A stretch of 38,649 nucleotides of DNA from Salisapilia sapeloensis CBS 127946 (GCA_023334545.1 JAADVB010000183.1:1-38649); one strand, 5' to 3'; numbered from the stretch's first letter, positions 20,988 to 30,776 are shown. Notes: generated from the letters alone by a model not told the origin. Numbers and translations: made by a program.

Positions 20988-21191
20988 ATGGCTTTCTCCC
21001 TTCGTAACCCTCCTCGTGTACGCGTAGCAGCATGGGTGCTCACAGCTGCAGCAGCAGGAGCCTACTACATGTACGAGCGCAAGAGAGCTCGGTCATTTTC
21101 AGACAGCGAGATTCAAAAGTGGAATGACAACGTTCTCTTCAAGACCGGCACCAAGTCCGTCGAGCAAGAGCGTTTAGATAAAAAGAAATAG
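20988..21191 (+). CDS. Putative 67-aa single-pass membrane microprotein
   Basis: ACAATGG start context. MAFSLRNPPRVRVAAWVLTAAAAGAYYMYERKRARSFSDSEIQKWNDNV...: basic N-terminus, one hydrophobic helix, charged tail, coding-like C/G-ending codons. No homolog recognised. Confidence 0.6.
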   Translation: MAFSLRNPPRVRVAAWVLTAAAAGAYYMYERKRARSFSDSEIQKWNDNVLFKTGTKSVEQERLDKKK

Positions 21192-21406
21192 ACATTTTCT
21201 CCCTTACAACACTGCTGATCTACTCTTCCAGAGGCCCATGTCTTTGCAAACACAAGAGACAAGTACACCACAGCGCCTCTACTTCAATACTGGTCCTTCC
21301 AAATGTCATAGATACGCACATATATATGATTCTTTCTATACTTCATGCTCCTCTCCTCTCGCCAAGGCAGATAGAAATGCGCCTTACCGCCTCGCATAGC
21401 CATTCT

Positions 21407-21422
21407 GCTCATTCTCCAATTT
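21407..21422 (+). promoter_or_regulatory. Oomycete INR-FPR core promoter element
   Basis: GCTCATTCTCCAATTT is an exact match to the oomycete consensus GCTCATTYBNNNWTTY and lies 53 nt upstream of ATG 21476. Confidence 0.8.
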
Positions 21423-21475
21423 TCCAAACCACTACCAAGCCTCCAGAGCAACTCCACTGCCTTCTACCAAGCGCC

Positions 21476-21631
21476 ATGGCCCCTGCCTCGAAACTCGCAC
21501 GCACCACCGGCAAGATGGGTCCCGTACAAATGGTCTCCTTCGCAGCAGTCGGCGTCGGTCTCGTTTGGAGTACATTCCGCCAAGGCGTCTACGGAACAGT
21601 ACACAAATCGCCTTCTAAACCACAAGAATAA
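21476..21631 (+). CDS. Putative 51-aa single-pass membrane microprotein
   Basis: GCCATGG context and the first ATG after a perfect INR-FPR. MAPASKLARTTGKMGPVQMVSFAAVGVGLVWSTFRQGVYGTVHKSPSKPQE, with C-ending codon bias. Confidence 0.65.
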   Translation: MAPASKLARTTGKMGPVQMVSFAAVGVGLVWSTFRQGVYGTVHKSPSKPQE

Positions 21632-21675
21632 GCGAACAACAAGCGTTCTATGTTTACATGCAAGTCTGTCTTTGT

Positions 21676-22840
21676 TTATAATGTCGTACGCGGGCCTGTG
21701 GCAGGCACGTCCTCCGACTTGGTTTCGTCCTGAATGTCCATATCCTGCATGACTTTCGAGATACTCTCTTCCTGCTCTCCACTTTCCTTGGCTTGTTTCT
21801 GCTGAATGCGCTCAATCAGTTCCGGAAGGTACTCGTCCTCATACTGCTTCGCAGCCTTCTCCACTGCCTTGTACAAGTCATCCATGCCTTCTCCCGTTGC
21901 AGCAGACACGCCGACAGAAGTCAGGTTGGTGTAAAACTCTTCCAGGACGAGACTGAGCGATCGTGAGAGAGAACCCATGTAGCTCTCGTCCTGCACTTGG
22001 TCCAGAGCTGCTTGGAATGCCTCAAAGTCTTCCATCCACTCCTGAGCAAAGCCATGGTGGAGGACATCGGTCTTGTTAAACACAATCACAAAGGGAAGAC
22101 GGAGTTTATATAGAATACTGCAGGCGTAGAGCATATTCGACATGAATGTCGTCGGGTTCGCCGTTCGAGGAGTGTCCACGACGTAGACGATGACCGTGGG
22201 GAAAGCAGTCGCGAGAGACTCGGTGATAATGGAGCCCGATGCGGACCACGTAAACGCTTCGATCTGACCTGGTGTGTCTACTACGGCATAGCTATACATG
22301 CGATTAGCTTTCGACGATTCGTACATGGAGATAAGTGAGCTCACTCCAAGTCTTCATGGCGTTTAGAGAGAAGGTTGATGACTTGGTCGAAGCGTGTGGC
22401 GAAGAGATTGAGCGACGTCATGATGGCACCATTCGGACCGAGAGCATATTCCTTCATAACTTGCTTGTAGTCCACCGTGTCTCGAATGTCGACGTTGGCA
22501 GTGTATCCTGTTTTCCGTACGGCCGGGTCCAAATTCACAACGTAGTTGCGAATGCCATTATCCACACCATAGGCTGCAATCCGCTATACATAAAAGTTTA
22601 GTTTCTAGTCGTATACGCTTGCATCAATTGTGTAGATGCAGTTCATGTAAGATCAAAGCATCAAGACTAGGATGAATGGCAATGATTTTCTGTCAATAGT
22701 ACCTGCATGAGTGTCGTTTTTCCACTACCAGCCATACCGATCACGAGCATCGTAACAGGCTTGGAGAATAGTTGCGGCATGTTACCATCTTTTGCAGCAG
22801 CGGCACGAATGCCTTCGGAAGTAGAAGTATCGGTCGCCAT
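21676..22840 (-). CDS. GPN1: GPN-loop GTPase 1 (XAB1/Npa3; 330 aa; exons 22840-22703, 22583-22345, 22291-21676)
   Basis: P-loop [62 protein letters not shown] and an acidic tail. Two GT-AG introns keep frame (993 nt). Confidence 0.95.
22292..22344 (-). other. GPN1 intron 2 (53 nt)
   Basis: GTGAGC...GCTAAT...GTATAG; gives [12 protein letters not shown]. Confidence 0.9.
22584..22702 (-). other. GPN1 intron 1 (119 nt)
   Basis: GTACTA...CTAAAC...GTATAG, phase 0; gives KTTLMQ-RIAAY. Confidence 0.88.
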
Positions 22841-24812
22841 TCGCGTTTCGAGTATTGGTGCCGAGGTTCCGGAATTGTGGCATTCTGTGTTTGCATGATC
22901 AATCTAGAGGGACCTTTTCAAACTGATATTATCCGTAAATATGATTTATATTGTATAAGAAAGGACATCTGGTAACTTGGACAGGACTCGAGACACCATT
23001 CAAAGTTTGATTTTGCGTTCAAATTTCGCAATCGAAACTTTTCTCTTCCACTGATGAGGCTTCTTCGGAGTAGTTAGAGCTACGGAATAGACCTGTGGTG
23101 AGCAGAACTTGACTTTAAAGTCCTACATGTACGTGAGCTTTGAAAGCGCTCGAATATGACTTAAGGCCGCGTTCGCGCAGAATATCAATTCAGCGTTATT
23201 GGGGATTCACATTTTATCATTCTATCTATGCTCTTCGAATCGGGCAGTTCCGCGTTCGATGAGAATAGCCGATATTGCTTTGCTATTTGCTATTGGAAAC
23301 CTAACGTAGCACTTCAATATAGGTTTCCGACCAAACTAGGAGTACAAAAGCAAGCGATCGTTCGTCTTGGATGCAATTAGGAGGAAACGGTCCCCGAGAA
23401 GACTTTCAGTCACGCCTGGTGCTCAACATATGCAAATTTGAAAAAGCGCGCGAAGCAGTCGCTCAACTTGGTGAGCTCTTCGATTTACTTGTGCTAGTTA
23501 GCTCTTCGCTATTATTTCGGAGCAGACATCGTACAGTGGTAGATGAAATAATTAAAGGATACTTGTGACTCGTACTGTATTCTGTCCCACTGAAACGGCG
23601 AAAAGCTCACTAACGCAAGTAAATCGGATGCAACTTCAACCCGAATGATTTCTGACGATAAAACACGATACGCTCGACACTAGTCCCCGCCAAAGACTTG
23701 TGCATTGATTCTTATTACAGTGTTTGTGTCTTTGTTCACATGATGCCTTTAATGCTTCACATCATCCCCTATTATCTGCTTAATGAACGCGACCTAAACT
23801 TCTACGATGACTAGAGTCGAACCAAATAGATGGAGTCTAATACTGCCATCTAGTAGCCAGCGGAATGCTTAAAGGATTATGTGGAAAGCTGGACCACATC
23901 CATTCGACGAACATCATTCCATTTGTTCCCTTCCTGTCGTGATTGAACATGAACGGTAGATTGTGTGATACCTTTAAAACGCTGGATGAATAGTCACTAC
24001 CGCTGCCACTCTCAACAATGTCATTGCCTCCAATATTGCTTAGATGTCCACTTCAAATTAAGCTTTTGACTTAACCTTCGATCCACTCAAGTGTCCCTTT
24101 AATCTATTCGATATCATGGACAATGACTGCAAAATTGCTTTTCAAGGTAAGCATTATATATCAAGTCGTACATTTTATAACTGTGATAAATCAAGCACCG
24201 CCCCACATAATTCCATCGGCTCGTCTGACTAAAGCAAGTTCACTATGATACTTCATGCTCTTCATCTCCGTCTATTAACGTTTCCACATTCGTCTCTTGC
24301 AGCTATCCCACGTAAGTACCGACTATCCATGCCTCCTCTTTCGTACCGACATTTCATCATCAGTTGAGCACCATACGCGGAGAGGATACCTGCTATGCAC
24401 AAGTATAGACACACTTCTTCAAGAGGGAAATATTTTACTTGATCCATAATTGCTCGTGCAGACGGTATCGTGCAGGTGAAGTTATTGGCGCTTCTATGCT
24501 TGACGAAGAGGCAATGCATGGTAGAGAACAACTGGTTTTATTTATAAGGAATGGTAGCAGTCAAAGCCACGTGTATATGGACTACTGTTCACATGGACAC
24601 GTAGGTATGAAGGATTAGAAAAGGTTATTGGTCAAGTCACTTTCTTTGAAGTACAAAACCGTGTATCTTATGATCCCTTAGCGCTCGCAGTGATAGCAAA
24701 CCACTTTACAGATTTTCTCCATCAAGCTTGACGCGTACCAGCACGGTACTGACATTTCTGTGATTTCGTCACTCTGCCATCTTACTCAGTGTCCTAGTCC
24801 TTGAGTAGCGAC

Positions 24813-26942
24813 ATGGTAGCTCACCAACCGTCAGAGCAGACTGGAACTAGCGAGAACGCTCCTGACACATACATTATCGCCAAGTCCGGTGCAGAAGATA
24901 GCTTCAAGTCGTTACCACCAAATGCTGCTTTCGACCAAGGACCAGAAATGACTGCTAGTACGCAGACCTTCAAGCAATCTGATGCCGAGCCACGTATCAC
25001 CGAAGGAAATACGGATAGTACCGCTGAAACGACTTATAATAATGTTCAAGATGAAGCACATCAGGATACAGACACAGCAAAGTTTACCTTCACTGACCGT
25101 CCAACTTCTACTCCGTCGAAGTCACCGACAGAGACTTCGAATGCAGAGACACCGGCTGCAAATTCTCCTCCTCTAGACGCGGTAAGTAGTCAAGAAAACT
25201 CGAAAGAAGGACAAGCTTCGCCAGTACATGGAAATGACGGATCGAGTGAGGCGCACAGTGACAGCAGCAACCGAGAGAACTCACTTACTAATCGAAGTGA
25301 TCATTTATCTTTCACTTCTACCTCAGGTGGTCCATCGGACGCGAATGCCGGGGTTGTTGCTCCCGACTTGGACGTCATTGAAGACTCTGAGACAGGATAT
25401 ACGTACACGAATGACAATATCTCAGCTCTCTACCCAAGCATTGACATCTTGAGAGATGGTTCACAAGAAACAATGGAGATTACCGACCGTGAGGGTGTGT
25501 CAACGTCCAGTGTCGTTGGCATTTCTGTCGGCTGTGCGGTCGGCATGGTTATCGTAGCAGCCTTGTACGTCTTTCGAAAACGTTTTCATCGAACGATTAA
25601 TGATGATGCAGTGGTGGGCACTGATGAAGAACTTGGTACTGATATGAACCATCGACAACTATCTTCCAGCAAGCGCATTACGTTTGAGGCGACGAATGAA
25701 TTTACAAAAGTCCTATCAGCGCACCGTATTAGTATGCCATTCCATCGCGCGAAGGTAAACGGAAATGATGCTCATCTCTCTGACTACCGCGAAACAGCTC
25801 ATTCTATTGATCTTTCAAGTGCATATGGATCTCATACGTCTAGTGACGACGTTGAAAAGAATGTATTATCTGGAAGCAAAGACAGGCATACTATCGACTT
25901 AAACGATAAACGCTGGGGAAACAGTTTTGTTGATGCACTTCTGGCATCCTACCACTCTTCCGAGGTTTTGCAGGTCGATACTATTTCTTCTATTCACTCA
26001 TCAAGTGAAGGAGAGCGCGTATCATCTAGTGCTTTATTAGACAAGCATGAAATCTTGGATGCACGTATTGCGTTTGAGGAAGTTGCCATGAACAAGTTCA
26101 CTATGAAAGGAAATGCAACGGATGTGTATTGTGGAAACTATCGTGGACAGGAAGTGGCAATTAAAAAGCTTTCGCTCGAGTCTTCAATGAGATTGAGTAC
26201 GCTCAACAAATTCTTGGCACAAGTCGAAGTTGCTACGTGCGTCTTTCATGATCGCATTGTACCCTTTGTCGGTATCGCATGGACGTCGTTCAGTGATTTG
26301 CGTGTCGTACATGAATACATGCAGGGCGGTGATCTGAAAAGTGTGTTAAACGCTAACAAGGATGGAGTTGCGAGGAAGGAAGGATTCAACTTTCAAGAAA
26401 TGCACATTGCAGTGCAGATCCTCGAGGCAATGGTTTTCCTCCATTCCTTTGATCCCCCGATTGTGCATGGCCGGTTAAAGACACAAAAGGTTTTACTTGA
26501 CGAAAGAATGGACGCCAGACTTAATGCCTTTGGTAGTACCCAGGATGTAATGGATTTCGACACACTTGCTCAGAGGTTCGAAACGGATTGGATTTGGATC
26601 GCGCCAGAGATTCTAAGTGGCAGAAAGCAGGATACGAGGTCCGATATGTATGCTTTTGGCATATTATTGAGTCAGTTGGAGACACATGAGGAGCCGTATC
26701 AAAATTTGACGAACAGCATCCACCGACATGGTATCGAGAAATGTTCAGATCTAGAACTATTGAACTTTATATCCTCAGGAACCTTTAAGGTGACATTTTC
26801 ACCAGACGAAGACGATGACTTAACATTGCTCGGCATTCAGTGTGTCTCGCAAAACCCAGACGAAAGACCAACTGCACAAGAAGCATTACAAGTTTTCAAA
26901 ACAGCGATGGAAGAATCGCATGGACATACTAATCGAAAATGA
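24813..26942 (+). CDS. Single-pass receptor-like TKL-family pseudokinase (709 aa from the first in-frame ATG; 5' end uncertain)
   Basis: S/T/E-rich ectodomain, TM (about 25512-25574) followed by RKR, then a kinase fold: VAIKKL, IVPFVGIAWT, EYMQGGDL, HSFDPPIVHGRLK, NAFG, WIAPE, DMYAFG. The HRD and DFG aspartates are absent. Confidence 0.85.
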   Translation: MVAHQPSEQTGTSENAPDTYIIAKSGAEDSFKSLPPNAAFDQGPEMTASTQTFKQSDAEPRITEGNTDSTAETTYNNVQDEAHQDTDTAKFTFTDRPTSTPSKSPTETSNAETPAANSPPLDAVSSQENSKEGQASPVHGNDGSSEAHSDSSNRENSLTNRSDHLSFTSTSGGPSDANAGVVAPDLDVIEDSETGYTYTNDNISALYPSIDILRDGSQETMEITDREGVSTSSVVGISVGCAVGMVIVAALYVFRKRFHRTINDDAVVGTDEELGTDMNHRQLSSSKRITFEATNEFTKVLSAHRISMPFHRAKVNGNDAHLSDYRETAHSIDLSSAYGSHTSSDDVEKNVLSGSKDRHTIDLNDKRWGNSFVDALLASYHSSEVLQVDTISSIHSSSEGERVSSSALLDKHEILDARIAFEEVAMNKFTMKGNATDVYCGNYRGQEVAIKKLSLESSMRLSTLNKFLAQVEVATCVFHDRIVPFVGIAWTSFSDLRVVHEYMQGGDLKSVLNANKDGVARKEGFNFQEMHIAVQILEAMVFLHSFDPPIVHGRLKTQKVLLDERMDARLNAFGSTQDVMDFDTLAQRFETDWIWIAPEILSGRKQDTRSDMYAFGILLSQLETHEEPYQNLTNSIHRHGIEKCSDLELLNFISSGTFKVTFSPDEDDDLTLLGIQCVSQNPDERPTAQEALQVFKTAMEESHGHTNRK

Positions 26943-27242
26943 GTTTATCAAATAACTTTATAAAAGTTTGCTTTATCTGTTTTTTTCAAGATAAGACGCT
27001 CCTTTCTGATTTTGATTTTCTATCCTCAATTATCAGAAAAAGAAAAAATCAGGTCCATACTCAATCCAAGTGAATCGCACGTAAAAATTTATCCATCCAT
27101 CGTATCGAATATCTAGCTACATTTCTACGTCTCCAACGCTCGGTCCGTGAAAATAGCTTGACATGTGGTATTGAAGTGATGTAGTAGTGGCGTCGTCAGG
27201 AGCCACGAAAATTGTTTGGGCAATGCGATATTGATGGGCATC

Positions 27243-27258
27243 CCTCATTTCTCAATCT
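27243..27258 (+). promoter_or_regulatory. Candidate INR-FPR core promoter
   Basis: CCTCATTTCTCAATCT is a near match to GCTCATTYBNNNWTTY, 31 nt upstream of ATG 27290. It argues for that ATG over the TTG at 27212. Confidence 0.55.
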
Positions 27259-27289
27259 CTTCTCCTTACCTCAAAAGACAGACACGAGC

Positions 27290-28111
27290 ATGAGTGGTAG
27301 TAAAGAAGATCGGAACTTTTTGGACGACTGGGATGACAAGGTCGATGACCTAACCAACGACGTCGACAATCTCCTTGGTAACTCAGGCAGCGGTAGTGCT
27401 GATATACCTGATTTCCTCAAGTCTTCGTCGAAAGAAAGCGAGGACTCTGGATCCGATACGTGGGATAAGTTCGAAAACTTTGTCAGGGGAAAGTATGACG
27501 GCTCCAACGAGGACTCGGGCTCTGATACCGGTCTTTTGGATGAATTCCAAAACTTTATCGGCACATCCATCGACACGGACAGCTTTCTCACCGACTGGAT
27601 GGATGACATAGGCATGTCATCCGAAGAAGCAGCGGCAGTGCTCAGTAGCTCTTCCGCCGGCGTTTTTGATGTTATGCACGGCTTCATCTCGGGCAAAATC
27701 ACAAGCTCCGAGGCGTACGATGAGCTTGGCGACATCTATGAGCGTGAAGTAGGAGGTGATGACGATGGTGGTATTGGCACTGGTGGCGTCATTGGTATTA
27801 TCATCGCCATTGTCCTCGTATTGGCCTTTGTCGGATACTTTTTGCGCGACAAGATCATGGCGCACTTTGGCTACTTCCGGGGCCGCAACCGAAGTCGTAG
27901 TCGAAGCCGAAGCTATAGCCGCAGCAGGAGCAGGAGCCGACACCATCACCGTCGTCGGCGATCATACTCGTCGTCTCCAAGTCCTGAACGCAGGAAGGAC
28001 AAGACGAAAGATTTGGAAAGCGGAGGCACTCAGTCGACGGAGGTTGATGGTAACTACCAAAAGGTCGAAACCCCCAAAAAGGAACCGGAGAGCACGGTTC
28101 AGCACGTGTAA
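27290..28111 (+). CDS. Single-pass membrane protein with an acidic N-domain and an Arg/Ser-dipeptide cytoplasmic tail (273 aa)
   Basis: ATG-TAA ORF. D/E/S/G-rich N-part, TM GGVIGIIIAIVLVLAFVGYFL (about 27782-27844), then RGRNRSRSRSRSYSRSRSRSRHHHRRRRSYSSSPSP. Confidence 0.8.
   Translation: MSGSKEDRNFLDDWDDKVDDLTNDVDNLLGNSGSGSADIPDFLKSSSKESEDSGSDTWDKFENFVRGKYDGSNEDSGSDTGLLDEFQNFIGTSIDTDSFLTDWMDDIGMSSEEAAAVLSSSSAGVFDVMHGFISGKITSSEAYDELGDIYEREVGGDDDGGIGTGGVIGIIIAIVLVLAFVGYFLRDKIMAHFGYFRGRNRSRSRSRSYSRSRSRSRHHHRRRRSYSSSPSPERRKDKTKDLESGGTQSTEVDGNYQKVETPKKEPESTVQHV
27878..27985 (+). repeat. Coding RS-dipeptide repeat tract
   Basis: Repeated Arg-Ser codons with mixed synonymous usage (CGA AGT CGT AGT CGA AGC... 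CGC AGC AGG AGC). This is a protein-level repeat rather than a recent microsatellite. Confidence 0.8.
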
Positions 28112-28306
28112 ATGAACAATTCCCTAGGATGGCAAGAATGTCCAGACCGACCTGATCCATTACAATCGACCCTATACATCTATGCCTTCACGCAGAAGAC
28201 CAATGTAATCTTTTCTCAAAACATTTAAACAAAAATAGGAAGCTTTAAAGCTCATTTCATTCGATCAAAGATGTCAATTTCTTATTTTTTCATATCGCTT
28301 TCATGG

Positions 28307-30776
28307 TCAATCCTTAGTGATCGGAGGGGACAAATTCGTCATCTCCTTGCTCTGCTTGTTCTTCTTGTATGATCGGAAGGCTTGCTTCTTCGCCGGTCCG
28401 TCAATGTAAGCCACGAGGTCGTCGCTCATAAAGTAGTTGCCAGATCCAGCATTTACCTTGGAATCTTCACAGAAGCACATGAGGATGGTATCAATCGCTG
28501 TTTCGTATACATCAAGGAAGAACGAAGCAGTCGCGTATCCGAGCAGTCCCGTTAACTATGACACCATTAATATTCGCAAGGATAGACTCATATTATAGGT
28601 AGACGTACGATCATGGGGAAGATAGGACTCGAAATGTTTTCCAGGTCATCCATGAAGAAACTTGGCAGGTGCTTAGGAGGATACTTGATGAGCACGAACA
28701 TGAAGAACATGGACGTTCCAGCGATCCCAATCTTGCCAAGGATCAAAAGGAACTGGCTGATAACACTGACCGTCGCAACGCGACCAATGTTCGACAGCAT
28801 TAAAGTGAACGAGTCTTTCATGGCTGGACAGAAGCTATGACCTTTCATTGCGATCATGATGTAAGCGCGTTTGTTCAGGAACTTGAGGCACTTTTCAAAG
28901 CACCAAAGTACGCATTTCAGGCACGTCATGACAACTTTAACAATCTTATTGCCTTCCTGAGCTGACTTCATCTGGTGATCAATGTACTCAACGATGATAC
29001 GGAGCATCTGGACTATCGCGATGATCAAACTTCCAAACGCTGCCGACCCACAATGACTGGTAATAGTACGTCGAACTGACCGCAACAGTGGGAAGCGTTG
29101 AAGGTTGTTTTTGTCGCGTGTCCAGTAGTATTCGCAGAATGTACCGGAGACAATCAAGTATGCTACTGCCTGGATAAATTGCGTCATCCACAGCAATCCA
29201 AAGAGATGGTAACCTAGCATATAATTCACGACGCGTTGATCTGAGACTTCTACTTTGATTGCAGGCGTACCAACAAGTTTATTTGCCGTATCTTTCACGT
29301 CCTGTAGTGTCAGTGAAGCAGACGTCGCAATGAAAGCCGCGGCAATTAGCCACAAGCAAACAAAGATGGCCGTTACAACAGTAGGAAGCAAAGGGAAAAA
29401 GGTAATCGATGCCATCTTATTCACTGCCTTTGACGATTCTCGGACGATGCCAACAGCAAGCTGAATGCGTCGACACATGCAGACGACAAGGAGCACCAGT
29501 ACGAACTCAACAGCAAGCATGACGTAGGCTGCAATCGCCCAATAGCGGATTTCGTCTTGAGCGGCAACATAGCCTGCGCTGTTGATAATCGATGTCGATT
29601 CAGAGATAATCGTAGAGGACGTCGTGTCGGATACACCCATCTTATCCATTGCCTCAGCCAAGTGGTCACTCGTAATGAGGTCACCTTGGTACGCACAGAA
29701 AAGTGTTAGTACAAGCTGGACGGTGCACACCCCAATGACGGTAAGCCACACGAAGAATCCGGCTAAAAAGCGAAGTAGAAGCAACCACCCGAAGCCAAGC
29801 AGCATGGCAATTAGTCCACCACACAACAAGATTGGTAATGCTGCTTTCTCAATGTCACCCATCCACCTTGCTACCTTGTACCACGAACTCCTTAAAAGCT
29901 CTAGCACAGGTGCAGAATGAGCCGTCGAGACCTGGGTTTCTGTTCGAGCAGTCTCCATGTTCGAGCAACTAGGTCGAAGCTCGGAAATCATTTCTGGGCA
30001 AGACATGTCTCCACACTCACGCATCGGATTGGCCTTGAGGTCATTGCCACACGTCAGCGATGGCTTGTCTCCGTCATTGTAAGCCTTTTCTTCTTCATCT
30101 GTGCATGCATCGATACAACGGGCCATTTGCCTGATGTGAACGGTTTGTAGTTCCAGACACCGATATAGCACTTCTGTTGTGTTGACAAAAAGTTGCCATG
30201 GCGAACCTGCCGACTCGTCTTCCAATTCTTTACCCAGTGACGTATCCTCTTCATTCACAGGATCAGGATTTGCATCGTAGTCTGTGTAAGCGTGAACATA
30301 GGTAGCCGTGGAGGTACTATCAGCCATTGGGCACTTTTCAACACAAACGCCATACAACTTGCTTAACGAGACATCTGAAGCACTTTTGATGTTCATGTCC
30401 ACAAGATCTTGTGAAAGACGTGGATATATGAGGTAAGGATATCCCGTAAAGTTATAAGCAGGCACATTGCCAACTTCTTCCGTTTGCATATAGCCACAGG
30501 TCCGACCCATCCAGTCCGTTCCATGAACAAGTCTCTTGGGGTTTCCATGCACATACCCAACGACACTGATTGCAACGAGACCCAGCAAGAAGGCAATAAA
30601 AAAGATGAGACATATCAAGTCCGTACAACCGCGCTTGTTCGGCTTGAAAGAGGAGTTTCCATTCGCATCAGACGGGCCCTACGACGGATATTTTTATTAG
30701 ATAGATCAATAAAGCATTCTCCTCGTGGTACTTGTACCTCAGGACCTTCTGCTGGCGTGCTGCACTTGGCTCCCAT
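28307..30776 (-). CDS. Choline transporter-like protein (CTL/SLC44 family; about 785 aa; exons 30776-30738, 30678-28609, 28555-28307)
   Basis: KRGCTDLICLIFF, GNPKRLVHGTDWMGRTCG, RRIQLAVGI, HCGSAAFGSLIIAIVQ, CLKCVLWCFEKCLKFLNKRAYIMIAMKGHSFC, VYETAIDTILMCFCED; about 10 TMs. Both introns are in phase. Confidence 0.92.
28556..28608 (-). other. CTL intron 2 (53 nt)
   Basis: GTACGT...TCATAG, phase 0; gives SPIFPMI-LTGLLGY. Confidence 0.88.
30679..30737 (-). other. CTL intron 1 (59 nt)
   Basis: GTACAA...TCTAAT...TCGTAG, phase 0; gives MGAKCSTPAEGPE-GPSDANG. Confidence 0.8.

Noticed and set aside
21326-21475. Longer 101-aa version of the second microprotein
   Set aside because: The perfect INR-FPR lies inside this extension, so ATG 21326 would be upstream of the TSS.
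23207-23220. Exact 14-mer TCACATTTTATCAT shared with 2792-2805
   Set aside because: A few AT-rich 14-mer matches are expected by chance in 38 kb, and no ORF follows the second copy.
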